A stretch of 63,892 nucleotides of DNA, the filler included, from Nemertoderma westbladi (taxonomy: Eukaryota; Animalia; Xenacoelomorpha): the NCBI GenBank assembly GCA_032718475.1. It is 3 parts of 3 records of this genome, joined end to end, with 100 filler letters (N's around TTAATTAATTAA, not from the genome) between each part and the next. Parts side by side here need not be neighbours in the genome. Positions count along the whole stretch, not along the records: positions 1 to 25,463 come from JAUCBJ010004009.1; positions 25,564 to 57,260 come from JAUCBJ010000748.1; 1 more part is not named here. One strand, written 5' to 3'. Under the pieces are notes generated by a model. That model saw only the letters and a program-made list of their open reading frames with translations. It made no database searches and had not been told where the DNA came from. The number at the start of each line of letters is the position of its first letter. Position 1 is the first letter of the stretch. Position numbers and translations under genes: made by a program. Shown here piece by piece: positions 13,447-26,133 of the stretch.

Positions 13447-14361
13447 CAAAAATATAACTGTAACCTGTTCTATTAAATGTAGTTTATTGTTTTCGTTAAA
13501 ATAACGTGCCACTAAAACCTGTTTCTTTTCCTCAACTGAGAATTTAACATTGATGCGGGATATTAGTTCGCCAAGATGGGATTTACATCCAGTGCCGATT
13601 TAGAATAGTTTCCCGCCAGACTTTGTAACTACGCGCAGTACTGCAGTATAAATACGGTATATTTAGCAGTAAAATACGAGAAATATATTTGTTGCAGCAC
13701 TGTAGCTTTAATATAAATTTATAATATAGTTCTTATTCCACTAATTAATTTTAAATTTAGTTTTTTATATTGTTTTGATTTTATCTGTTTATAGACCGAA
13801 TCTTTTTCGTTATTTTGTTTTTCTTTCAATTAACTGGCACCGGTAATTATGTTCTTTAGTTACCCATTAGTGTTCCCGGAAGGGACCCTGGGCTGCCGCT
13901 GCTGGGCTGCTAGGTGATTTTTTATCCCCATTAATTTAAATATTATGTGTGTAATAAATAATAATCTAGTGCCTACTACATTATTAAATTGAAGATTGAT
14001 ACTTAAAGATTCATTTGGTTGAATTGAAATGGTTAATTAATATTATCGTTATAATTAATAACTCCATGATAATACCCGATGACCGATAATTTCTTCACGC
14101 TTTTTACTACCATCTCAACCAGGACTGCAGGAACCAGACTGCCAAAGGTCGTGGCAAAAAGTTAACCTTTCCACGCTCAAACAACAACTAGACCTATATA
14201 TTTTAAGCCATATTACTGTGAGAAGGATACTATTACTGTATTGTGGAACAATATAATTAGTGCAACTTAAGTCTTTCCGATTTCTTTTATTTAATTTGTG
14301 ACTTTTATTTCATCGCTGTACGATTCGGCAATTTTAAATACAGTAGATAAATATAAATTAA

Positions 14362-14750
14362 CACGTTAGCTCCGGATTGAGCACTGGCTGACTGGTGCAC
14401 AATTCGTTTTTTAACTTTACTGAAGGTAGGTAGGAAGGAGGTATTGAGATGCGGTTTCTTCCTTGGTGGTTCTCCATTATTTTATAGGCCTAAATACAAT
14501 GAGAGTGAATTTGAGCACCGGTGCCCAAAGGCATTCCCACAAAATGTAATTAACAACAAGTAAGTTGTTGAGCACTGGTGCACAATCCGCAGTTGAGGAA
14601 CAGCACAGGAATGTTCAGCGGTGCACAATCCGCACTAACTAAACGCCAAGCCTCAAATCCTGCCGCAGTCATGGAACAGCACATGGTTGTTCACCGGTGC
14701 CCAATCCTCAGTAACAAAGAACCAGTGGTTTCAGAGCCGCAGCTAACGTG
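14362..14750. mobile_element. piggyBac-type MITE upstream of the ATPase gene
   Basis: TTAA both sides; TIR CACGTTAGCT(C/G)CGG; internal GCAC(T/C)GGTGC(A/C)CAA repeats. Confidence 0.8.
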
Positions 14751-15421
14751 TTAAACATTAATAACTAGTTAAACTGTTAAATACTTTTATTTCTAACTAT
14801 TGTTTACTAAAAAATAAAAGTTATTTTAAATACTCTGAAACTTTTATAAGCATGGCTGAGTGCACAATCTGACAATGAACCTGTTTTAATTATTATTGTA
14901 TTATTTGTTGTTTTTCGTTTTAAATTTGATCAGATAAACAAACATTTTTCAATTTTAAAATAGTTACGGTACCTTTCGGTCAATAACGTTGTCATTATAC
15001 TGAATTATTGGTTTATTTCTTTACAAAAATATATACTGTTTGAAAAACAAATACGCGCCCAATTTTGGAATGAATTGTAATTATTACATAATTATGAACT
15101 GTCTTGCATTACGCAACTAATAATTATTGTTGTATCTAATATTTCATTCTCAATTATGTAATTATGTTGCTTGTTATAAGCTGAATAGGACTAAAGCATT
15201 CATTTGCTTTGGTCAGGTGGTTGTTTAATAATAAAATATAATATAATATAGGCCTATACATTACCACTTACAACAACTTACTAGAACTAGTAGGTAACGT
15301 ACTAGGCCTACTGAACTATCAATCTAAATCAGACGTACCGGTAGTGGTAACTCTTAACTATAAAACTCTTGTAATACAGTAATAATATAGTTAAACCATC
15401 ACAACGGAGTCCAACGAGCCA

Positions 15422-18211
15422 ATGGGTTTCTCCGACATTGTCGGCTGTATGCCGTCGGCCAGAGCCGCTGTCCTCTCCATCTCGGACGTTGTGGACGCAC
15501 TTGAGACGGACGAGGACACCGGTCTGTCCAGCTCCGAGGCCAGACAGCGCCTTCGTCTCCATGGTTACAACGAGTTCTCGGTAGCGGCCGGCGAACCGAA
15601 ATGGAAGAAATTCCTGGGCCAATTTAAAGACCCAATGATATCGTTGCTATTAGTTTCCGCCCTTATTAGTGTCTGTATGGGACAATACGACGACGCGATT
15701 TCTATAACTGTCGCCATATTTATTGTGGTTTCCGTCGCTTTCGTCCAGGAGTGTAAGTCAGAACGCTCGCTAGAGGCGCTAAAGAAACTCATTCCTCCGT
15801 CGTGCCACTGCGTCCGTGACGGTGACCTGACGGACTTCCTGGCGAGGGAACTGGTCCCGGGGGACCTCGTCTCCATAACGACGGGGGACCGAGTCCCCGC
15901 GGATATCCGGCTAGTCCGATCGGTAGACCTCCAGATCGACGAGTCCTCCTTCACCGGGGAGACGGACCCCGCGGGTAAAACAACCGCGGCGGTTAGTGAA
16001 CCCACGCAGAGCGGTTCCAACATCGCGTTTATGGGAACTCTAGTGAGGTGCGGTCACGGCCGCGGGGTCGTCATAGGTACCGGAGTTAATTCCGAGTTCG
16101 GTGAGGTGTTTAAACTCATGGAGGCGGAAGATCCTCCTAAAACTCCGTTGCAACGATCGATGGACGGCCTAGGGAAACTCATATCGGTTTACTCGTTCAT
16201 TATTATCGGGTTTATCATGGCCCTCGGGTATATTGAGGCGCGTCCGTTGCTCGAGATGTTCACCATCGGGGTTAGTTTAGCGGTTGCCGCGATACCGGAA
16301 GGGTTACCGATCGTGGTCACTGTTACCTTGGCGATCGGTGTGCAGCGTATGGCTGGGAGACGCGCTGTCGTTAAGAAACTCCCGGCCGTAGAGACGCTGG
16401 GTTGCGTTAACGTTATCTGTTGCGATAAAACCGGGACGTTGACGCGGAACGAGATGACGGCGACGAGGGTTGCTACGAGCGACGGGGTCGCGGCGGAGGT
16501 CACTGGGGTCGGTTACAGCGAGGGCGGCAGGGTGCTGGTGGAGGGGGCGCCGGCAGGGAGCGCCACGCAGGCCACGTTGACTCGGTTGGTGGAGACCGGG
16601 TGCGTGTGCAACAACGCGGGGTTGTACGGGGCCTCAGGGGGGTGCTGGGTTGGCGGGGATGGGTCCGCAGGGGGATGCTGGGTTGGTGGCGATGGCTCCC
16701 CCTCACGCGGGAGCCGCTCGCTCTACGGGCAGCCCACCGAGGGGGCGCTACTCGTACTCGGGGAGAAGTTGGGAGTATTAGGGAGCGCCAGGGAGTGGGA
16801 GCGGGTTTCCGAACATCCCTTTAGTTCCGAATTCCGATGGATGTCGGTAGAATGTCGGAACATCAGTACCGGGGCTGTCGAGGTGTTCCTAAAGGGCGCC
16901 TTGGATACGGTTCTCACTCAGTGCGTTAGTTACGCTTACTACAACCGGAAGTCGCCGTTAACGCACGACGCTAGCGAGGGATTCCGTGCGAACGAGACCG
17001 CGATGGCGAGTTCGGGGTTGCGGGTGTTGGGGTTGGCGAGGGGCGCTGCCCGCGGGGAGCTGTGCTTCCTGGGTCTGGTCGGGTTGATGGACCCGCCGCG
17101 GGGGGGCGTGGCGGACAGCGTGCGGACACTGGTCGCCGAGGGGGTCGCCGTGAAGATGGTCACGGGCGACGCGGAGGAGACGGCGACGGCTGTCGGCTCC
17201 CGTCTGGGGCTGTACGCCGCGGGGTGTCGGACAATGTCGGGGGCCGAGTTAGACGCGTCGGACGCGGCTACGTTGAGTCGGGTGGCCCATCGTGTCGCGA
17301 TATTCTACCGGACGACACCGGCTCACAAACTAAAGATCGTTAAAGCTCTCCAGTCGACCGGGAATATCGTCGCGATGACGGGAGACGGAGTCAACGACGC
17401 CGTGGCGCTGCGAGCCGCGCACATCGGCATCGCGATGGGCCAATCCGGTACCGACGTCTGTAAGGAAGCAGCCGATATGATCCTAATGGACGACGACTTC
17501 TTCACCATCCAGGCCGCCATGGAGGAGGGTAAATCTCTCTTCTACAACATCCGCAACTTCGTCGGCTTCCAGCTGTCGACCAGCGTGGCCGCTCTCGCCC
17601 TCATCGGACTCTCTACCCTCGCCAAGATCCCCAACCCCCTGAACGCGATGCAGATCCTCTGGATCAACATCCTGATGGACGGGCCACCGGCGCAGAGTCT
17701 CGGCGTCGAGCCCCCAGACGCTGACGTCATACGCCGCCCCCCTCGCAGCCCCAAGGAGCCAATCATAACTCGCTATTTAGTCGTTAACGTCCTCATCAGC
17801 GCGTTCGTTATCGTCTCCGGGACTCTCTTCGTCTTCATTAACGAGATGTCCGACAACATCGTATCCCCGCGGGACACCACAATGACTTTCACTTGTTTCG
17901 TATTCTTCGACATGTTCAACGCGCTCTCCTTCCGTTCCCAACGCCGTTCCGTGTTCCGTCTCGGTATTAACCGAGTGTTCCTCGCCGCTGTAGGCGCCTC
18001 TCTACTCGGACAGCTCCTCGTTATATACTTCCCGCCTTTACAGCGAGTCTTCCAGACGGAGGCCCTCACCTGGAAGGATATCGCGTTCCTCGTCGCGCTC
18101 ACTTCGTCGGTCCTCGTTGTTAGCGAAGTTAAGAAACTCGCAGAAAATCTCTGGGAATATCGGAGGCAGAGAAAGTACCGTCGTGTACAGTTTACAGAGG
18201 ATATCGTTTAG
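15422..18211 (+). CDS. ATP2C1: Secretory pathway Ca2+/Mn2+-transporting P2A-type ATPase (SPCA/PMR1 family)
   Basis: 929-aa intronless ORF; [24 protein letters not shown] phosphorylation site, [21 protein letters not shown]-type [19 protein letters not shown]. Confidence 0.95.
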   Translation: MGFSDIVGCMPSARAAVLSISDVVDALETDEDTGLSSSEARQRLRLHGYNEFSVAAGEPKWKKFLGQFKDPMISLLLVSALISVCMGQYDDAISITVAIFIVVSVAFVQECKSERSLEALKKLIPPSCHCVRDGDLTDFLARELVPGDLVSITTGDRVPADIRLVRSVDLQIDESSFTGETDPAGKTTAAVSEPTQSGSNIAFMGTLVRCGHGRGVVIGTGVNSEFGEVFKLMEAEDPPKTPLQRSMDGLGKLISVYSFIIIGFIMALGYIEARPLLEMFTIGVSLAVAAIPEGLPIVVTVTLAIGVQRMAGRRAVVKKLPAVETLGCVNVICCDKTGTLTRNEMTATRVATSDGVAAEVTGVGYSEGGRVLVEGAPAGSATQATLTRLVETGCVCNNAGLYGASGGCWVGGDGSAGGCWVGGDGSPSRGSRSLYGQPTEGALLVLGEKLGVLGSAREWERVSEHPFSSEFRWMSVECRNISTGAVEVFLKGALDTVLTQCVSYAYYNRKSPLTHDASEGFRANETAMASSGLRVLGLARGAARGELCFLGLVGLMDPPRGGVADSVRTLVAEGVAVKMVTGDAEETATAVGSRLGLYAAGCRTMSGAELDASDAATLSRVAHRVAIFYRTTPAHKLKIVKALQSTGNIVAMTGDGVNDAVALRAAHIGIAMGQSGTDVCKEAADMILMDDDFFTIQAAMEEGKSLFYNIRNFVGFQLSTSVAALALIGLSTLAKIPNPLNAMQILWINILMDGPPAQSLGVEPPDADVIRRPPRSPKEPIITRYLVVNVLISAFVIVSGTLFVFINEMSDNIVSPRDTTMTFTCFVFFDMFNALSFRSQRRSVFRLGINRVFLAAVGASLLGQLLVIYFPPLQRVFQTEALTWKDIAFLVALTSSVLVVSEVKKLAENLWEYRRQRKYRRVQFTEDIV

Positions 18212-19146
18212 TAGAATATCGCTGGTTAGGGTTACTGAGGATATCGTTTAATAGAATATCGCTGGTTAGGGTTACTGAGGATATCGTTTAATAGAATATC
18301 GCTGGTTAGGGTTACTGAGGATATCGTTTAATATGATATCGTTAGTAAGGTTTACAGAGGATATCGTTTAATAGAATATCGTTGGTTAGGGTTACTGAGG
18401 ATATCGTTTAATATGATATCGTTAGTAAGGTTTACTGAGGATATCGTTTAATAGAATATCCGTTGGTAAGGTTTACTGATGATGTCGTTTAATAGAATAT
18501 CGCTAGTTAGGGTTACTGAGTATATCGTTTAATATGATATCGTTGGTAAGGTTTACTGAGGATATCATTTAATAGAATATCGCTGGTTAGGGTTACTGAG
18601 GATATCGTTTAATATGATATCGTTAGTAAGGTTTACTGAGGATATCGTTTAATAGAATATCCGTTGGTAAGGTTTACTGATGATATCGTTTAATAGAATA
18701 TCGCTGGTTAGGGTTACTGAGGATATCGTTTAATATGATATCGTTGGTAAGGTTTACTGAGGATATCGTTTAATAGAATATCGCTGGTTAGGGTTACTGA
18801 GGATATCGTTTAATATGATATCGTTGGTAAGGTTTACTGGGGATATCATTTAATAGAATATCGCTGGTTAGGGTTACTGAGGATATCGTTTAATATGATA
18901 TCGTTAGTAAGGTTTACTGAGGATATCGTTTAATAGAATATCCGTTGGTAAGGTTTACTGAGGATATCGTTTAATAGAATATCGTTGGTTAGGTTTACTG
19001 AGGATATCGTTTAATAGAATATCGCTGGTTAGGGTTACTGAGGATATCGTTTAATATGATATCGTTGGTAAGGTTTACTGAGGATATCGTTTAATAGAAT
19101 ATCGCTGGTTAGGGTTACTGAGGATATCGTTTAATATGATATCGTT
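18190..19146. repeat. ~40-nt minisatellite (GAGGATATCGTTTAATAGAATATCGCTGGTTAGGGTTACT) starting within the last codons of the ATPase
   Basis: About 24 tandem copies with alternating variants; the first copy supplies EDIV-stop. Confidence 0.95.
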
Positions 19147-22100
19147 CCCCCATCTAACCTGTTTACTAACTATCTCCCCCCATCTAACCTGTTTACTAAC
19201 TATCCCCCCCATCTAACCTGTTTACTAACTATCCCCCATCTAACCTGTTTACTAACTATCCCCCCCATCTATCCTGTTTACTAACTATCCCCCCATCTAT
19301 CCTGTTTACTAACTATCCCTCATCTATCCTGTTTACTAACTATCCCCCATCTAACCTGTTTACTAACTACCCCCCCCCCATCTAACCTCTTTACTAACTA
19401 TCTCCCATCTAACCTGTTTACTAACTATCCCCACCATCTATCCTGTTTACTAACTATCCCTCATCTATCCTGTTTACTAACTATCCCCCATCTAACCTGT
19501 TTACTAACTACCCCCCCCCCCATCTAACCTCTTTACTAACTATCTCCCATCTATCCTGTTTACTAACTATCCCCCATCTAACCTGTTTACTAACTATCTC
19601 CCCCCCATCTAACCTGTTTACTAACTATCTCCCCCCCATCTAACCTGTTTACTAACTATCCCCCCCATCTAACCTGTTTACTAACTATCCCTCCCATCTA
19701 ACCTGTTTACTAACTATCCCCCCATCTAACCTGTTTACTAACTATCTCCCCCATCTAACCTGTTTACTAACTATCCCCCCCATCTAACCTGTTTACTAAC
19801 TATCCCCCCCATCTAACCTGTTTACTAACTATCCCCCCATCTATCCTGTTTACTAACTATCTCCCATCTATCCTGTTTACTAACTATCCCCCCCCCCCAT
19901 CTAACCTGTTTACTAACTACCCCCCCCCCCCCCATCTAACCTGTTTACTAACTATCCCCCCCATCTAACCTGTTTACTAACTATCCCCCATCTAACCTCT
20001 TTACTAACTACCCCCCCCCCCCATCTAACCTCTTTACTAACTATCCCCCCCCATCTAACCTGTTTACTAACTATCCCTCATCTATCCTGTATACTAACTA
20101 TCCCCCCCATCTAACCTGTTTACTAACTATCCCCCCATCTAACCTGTTTACTAACTATCCTCCATCTAACCTCTTTACTAACTACCCCCCCCCCATCTAA
20201 CCTCTTTACTAACTACCCCCCCCCCCCATATAACCTCTTTACTAACTATCCCCCACCCCATCTATCCTGTTTACTAACTATCCCCCATCTAACCTGTTTA
20301 CTAACTATCCCTCATCTATCCTGTTTACTAACTATCCCCCCCCCCATCTAACCTGTTTACTAACTATCTCCCCCCCCCCATCTAACCTGTTTACTAACTA
20401 TCCCCCCCCCCCATCTAACCTGTTTACTAACTATCCCCCATCTAACCTGTTTACTAACTATCTCCCCCCCCCCCATTTAACCTGTTTACTAACTATCTCC
20501 CCCCCCCCCATCTAACCTGTTTACTAACTACCCCCCCCATCTAACCTGTTTACTAACTATCCCCCATCTAACCTGTTTACTAACTATCCCCCATCTAACC
20601 TCTTTACTAACTACCCCCCCCCCCCCATCTAACCTGTTTACTAACTATCCCCCCCATCTAACCTGTTTACTAACTATCCCCCATCTAACCTCTTTACTAA
20701 CTACCCCCCCCCCCATCTAACCTCTTTACTAACTACCCCCCCCCCCATCTAACCTCTTTACTAACTATCCCCCACCCCATCTATCCTGTTTACTAACTAT
20801 CCCCCATCTAACCTGTTTACTAACTATCCCTCATCTATCCTGTTTACTAACTATCCCCCATCTAACCTGTTTACTAACTACCCCCCCCCCCATCTAACCT
20901 CTTTACTAACTATCTCCCATCTATCCTGTTTACTAACTATCCCCCCCATCTAACCTGTTTACTAACTATCCCCCCCCCATCTAACCTGTTTACTAACTAT
21001 CCCTCATCTATCCTGTTTACTAACTATCCCCCATCTATCCTGTTTACTAACTATCCCCCATCTAACCTGTTTACTAACTATCCCCCATCTAACCTGTTTA
21101 CTAACTACCCCCCCCCCCCCCATCTAACCTGTTTACTAACTATCCCCCCCATCTAACCTGTTTACTAACTATCCCCCATCTAACCTCTTTACTAACTACC
21201 CCCCCCCATCTAACCTCTTTACTAACTATCCCCCACCCCATCTAACCTGTTTACTAACTATCCCTCATCTATCCTGTTTACTAACTATCCCTCATCTATC
21301 CTGTTTACTAACTATCCCCCCCATCTAACCTCTTTACTAACTATCCCCCACCCCATCTAACCTGTTTACTAACTATCCCTCATCTAACCTGTTTACTAAC
21401 TATCCCTCATCTATCCTGTTTACTAACTATCCACCCCATCTAACCTCTTTACTAACTATCCCCCCCATCTAACCTCTTTACTAACTATCCCCCACCCCAT
21501 CTAACCTGTTTACTAACTATCCCTCATCTAACCTGTTTACTAACTATCCCTCATCTATCCTGTTTACTAACTATCCCTCATCTATCCTGTTTACTAACTA
21601 TCCACCCCATCTAACCTGTTTACTAACTATCCCCCATCTAACCTCTTTACTAACTATCCCCCACCCCATCTAACCTGTTTACTAACTATCCCTCATCTAA
21701 CCTGTTTACTAACTATCCCTCATCTATCCTGTTTACTAACTATCCACCCCATCTAACCTGTTTACTAACTATCCCCCATCTAACCTCTTTACTAACTATC
21801 CCCCACCCCATCTAACCTGTTTACTAACTATCCCTCATCTAACCTGTTTACTAACTATCCCTCATCTATCCTGTTTACTAACTATCCCCCCCATCTAACC
21901 TGTTTACTAACTATCCCTCATCTATCCTGTTTACTAACTATCCCCCATCTAACCTGTTTACTAACTATCCCCCATCTAACCTCTTTACTAACTACCCCCC
22001 CCCCCCCCCCCCATCTAACCTCTTTACTAACTATCCCCCACCCCATCTAACCTGTTTACTAACTATCCCCCCCATCTATCCTGTTTACTAACTATCCCCC

Positions 22101-22776
22101 CCATCTAACCTGTTTACTAACTATCCCCCATCTAACCTGTTTACTAACTATCCCCCATCTAACCTCTTTACTAACTATCCCCCACCCCATCTAACCTGTT
22201 TACTAACTATACCCCATCTAACCTGTTTACTAACTATCTCCCCCCATCTAACCTGTTTACTAACTATCCCCCCCATCTAACCTGTTTACTAACTCTCCCC
22301 CCATCTAACCTGTTTACTAACTATCCCTCATCTAACCTGTTTACTAACTATCCCCCCCATCTAACCTGTTTACTAACTATCCCCCCCATCTAACCTGTTT
22401 ACTAACTACCCCCCCCCCCCCCATCTAACCTCTTTACTAACTATCCCCCCCCCCATCTAACCTGTTTACTAACTATCCCCCCCCATCTAACCTGTTTACT
22501 AACTATCCCCCCCATCTATCCTGTTTACTAACTATCCCCCCCCCCCCATCTAACCTGTTTACTAACTATCTCCCCCCATCTAACCTGTTTACTAACTATC
22601 CCTCATCTAACCTGTTTACTAACTATCCCCCCCATCTATCCTCTTTACTAACTATCCCCCCCCCCCATCTAACCTGTTTACTAACTATCTCCCCCCATCT
22701 AACCTGTTTACTAACTATCCCCCTCATCTAACCTGTTTACTAACTATCCCCCCCATCTAACCTGTTTACTAACTAT
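19147..22776. repeat. Satellite (C)nATCTAACCTGTTTACTAACTAT with variable C-tract, unit ~27-35 nt
   Basis: More than 100 tandem copies, strong strand asymmetry. Confidence 0.97.
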
Positions 22777-25463
22777 AACGGAGGCCAATCTTGTGTCGAT
22801 TTCTGCAAGAATTGGGGTCCGTGTTGCCAAAATTCTTTGTTCTCCGGTTTACAGAATTCCTCAGGCATCATTCCTCGTGACGCAATATCAGCTGGGTTTT
22901 GTGGTCCGGGACAATGTCGCCAATCCTCTTTTATTGAACGATCTAGAATTTCTGCGCGACGGTTAGCTACGAATGTCTTGAATTCAAGCGTGTCGTTGTT
23001 TATGTAAAATAAAACCAACGTCGCGTCAGTCCAATAAAATATCTGTAAACTTGACTGTAGTTCTGTCTGTATAAGGTTCACGATGGTGGTTGACAGGGTT
23101 GCGGCTTGTAGCTCAGCTCGTGGTGTCGTCATATACTTAGTAGGCATGGTCTTAGCCTTAGAAGTAATGAGCGAAACATCGAACTCGTCTGAGTCTACTT
23201 GTCTGCGCAAGTACGCTGCCACACCAAAACCGTTGTCACTGGCGTCAGAAAAACAGTGTAGTTCCAAGTTGTCAGGAAATGTACTTTGTAATGGAAAGTA
23301 AACCCTGGGTATGGAATAATCCTCTAGCGAAGATAATTCCGCCTCCCAGGTCTTCCATAAGTCCACTTGGTCTGATGAGATCGGCTCGTCCCATGTTAGT
23401 CCATCCTTCCAAATACTGCGCATATAAATGCGGGCTTGCAGTATCACTGGACTGATGAATCCTAACGGATCGAACAATCGGCTCAACTTTGACAAGCATG
23501 ATCTCTTTGTCAGTGTGTTCTCTTGACTGTCCAGTCTCACTTTCACTCGAAAGTTGTCTGTGTTTGGGTCCCAAAAGAGCCCCAACACCTTAGTCGTCGG
23601 TAGTGGTTCGAACTCTAGGTCTATGTCACCACCTCCACGCTCAGTCGTCCCGAATGAGTCTACTAATTCGGCACTGTTTGAGGCGAATTTGGTGAGGTTA
23701 AAACCTCCGCCCGCTAAGCAGTCCCGTAATTGATGTGCTACTGTTGTAGCACGTTCTACTGTGTCGCAACTCTGTAAACCGTCGTCTACGTAAAAGTCAC
23801 GTTCTACGATTTTAATTATCTCTGGGTCATATAGATGTTTCTGATCTCTAGCGGCTTGTTTTAGGGCGTACATCGTGCAATTTGGGCTGTCTCTGGCACC
23901 GAAAACGCGAACTTGCATTTGGTAAGTCGCCGGTGGTAGACTTAAGTCTCCTTCCGGGTACCAGAGGAACCGCAAACTGTCTCTGTCTCGCTCTAACGCT
24001 CTCACTTGGTGAAACATTGCTTCAACGTCGCAAGTAAAAGCTACTTGACGCTGACGGAAGCGCATAATCACCCCCATAAGATAATTATTCATGTTTGGTC
24101 CATCCATCAACTCACTATTGAGGGACATTCCCTCAAATAGAGCCGCACAGTCGTTGACTACGCGTACTTTGTCTGGTTTGTCGGGGTGTCTCACATAGTG
24201 ATGTGGCAGGTAGTATGTCTGGTTAGTCACTATCTCTGGGTTAGTCATTCGGATAGCGTATCCCTTAGTCAAATACGTCTCCATCTGAGTGTTGTACTGC
24301 AGATGGGCTTTCTCGTCCTTTAATAGACGTTGCCGTATTGAGTGTAGACGTCTTAAAGCCAGTGGGTAGTTGTTTATAAGTTTAGGACTTTGGCTACGCC
24401 ATAACATCCCCACCTCATAATGTCCGTCTTTCGTCTGGTGGATAGTATCTTCCATGATCTTCAGAGATTGTTTCTCCTGTTCCGACATACAAGGTTCGTA
24501 GCTACCAGGTTCAGCTGTATCTTGTTCTAACCACCTGATAGTCTTCTCCGTTAATTCTTTATCCAATGCGGCTTGTTCCATTTGATGATTTCTCAACGCG
24601 TCATCATCGATATCGACGGGCACTGTTGAGGTTATTGGGGTAGGTAGACTCGCAAGCCTATCATCTGTCGTCGATGGAATCTCTAGCTGACTCGTCTTCT
24701 CCCCAAGTTCTAAACTCACCTGGTGGGTTAGCTGCTCCTTGTGACTTATCATACTAGTTACACGTCTGTCATGTTTTGTCGACTGTAGCGTAGTATGGTT
24801 CACGTCGTGTGAAAAGGAATGAATTGAATTTGTAGTTAATAAACTACATGTACTCTGTACATCGTCTTCCTCGTCACTTACGTCTAGTGTGCGCACAGGC
24901 GCTCGAGTATACCACCCTATCGGCGTTCTGCAGGCGTATGCGTTTCCCGCTACGACTGCCGATGGTCTGGTTTCCCACACCTGATGTAGGTTGAATTGGT
25001 CCGTCCCGATCAGCATTGCTACCGATCTATAATTGACAGGACATTCGGGTACACCAAGGTGTCTGAAATACTTACGGTCCTCTAGAGATTGTTCCGGCAC
25101 TGGACCTAGTAGGTTACTAAAGTCCTTCGTGGCCGCAAAGGTTAGATCTTTAAAGGGTAACAAAGACCTCTCCCTCTCGCTGTGTTGCGATTTTGGAAGA
25201 AGAGAGTCTAAGTCCAACTTAACTCGTGTCACCGGTATTGCACGCTGTCCGTGCATACTACTTACGGTATAACTGACGCGCTTACCTTGTTTAAGATCCG
25301 TCACTACGTCAGCTATCTTTTCATCCACGTAGCTATGAGATGAGGCTGAATCTAGAATCGCGTAGATTCTCTTGCTCCCCTTTGTGCCAGTAATCTTAAT
25401 CGGAATTACACTGAATCCCTTCAGTTGGTCAGTAGTCAGAAGCGCGATCGACGGTTGTTCGTC
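22773..25463 (-). mobile_element. BEL/Pao LTR-retrotransposon pol fragment (aspartic protease, RT, RNase H), open to the gap
   Basis: The frame upstream of the listed ORF reads YAILDSASSHSYV (protease); YYLPHH, DVEAMFHQV, FYVDD, FDPLG, LHCFSDAS, NPADIASRG; ends abruptly at the satellite. Confidence 0.93.
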
Positions 25464-25563
25464 NNNNNNNNNNNNNNNNNNNNNNNNNNNNNNNNNNNNN
25501 NNNNNNNTTAATTAATTAANNNNNNNNNNNNNNNNNNNNNNNNNNNNNNNNNNNNNNNNNNNN
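25464..25563. other. Artificial 100-nt gap/contig spacer with TTAATTAATTAA linker
   Basis: N-run with central 12-mer giving stops in all six frames. Confidence 0.95.
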
Positions 25564-26133
25564 TCCTCCCCTCTTAGATAGCGCTGGATAGTAGGAGAGG
25601 TAGTAGGTAGTAGTGCTCAGTTCGTTGAGCACCGGCCACCGGTCGATAACACGGTCGATCACATGGTCGATAAAACGAGAACCGGTACAACTGTAGTTGA
25701 ATAACTGAGATCATATCTTGGGGTAGGATTAGCCCAACCTTCGGTTAGCAGCTATCGAAAGAGGAGCATTTGGGTCACCTCCAGTTTCGGCCGACTGTTT
25801 GTTTGTTTTTGTTGTCTCCAAAAATTTAGATAAAGCTTCTTCTATAAGATTCGATGGGGAATTGTCCGAACGATCGTAACGATGGAATTGTCGCCGATTG
25901 AATTGAACCATTTTCCCTACAGTACGGCCAGTAGGCTTACTGGTACATACAATATAATGATTCTGACTAGGAACCAAAAAGTAATTTTCAAAAAAATATA
26001 ATTTAACATAAAATATAAATGCATAATTGTCGGATGGTCAGTTAGACAATTTGCTTATGTACTAAATAAGGAATCAGGGATGATTATCACTGATCATTGT
26101 TAAAGTATGACGTATATTAATGCTAATAATGTT

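Noticed and set aside
15565-18102. Multiple antisense ORFs over the ATPase, and similar ones over the pol genes
   Set aside because: Shadow frames expected from GC-rich coding sequence
19147-22776. CRISPR-like array (constant unit plus variable part)
   Set aside because: The variable part is only a C-tract, with no unique spacers or cas genes; eukaryotic context
25464-25563. TTAATTAATTAA palindrome as a biological site
   Set aside because: Artificial linker inside N padding; adjacency across the spacers should not be interpreted
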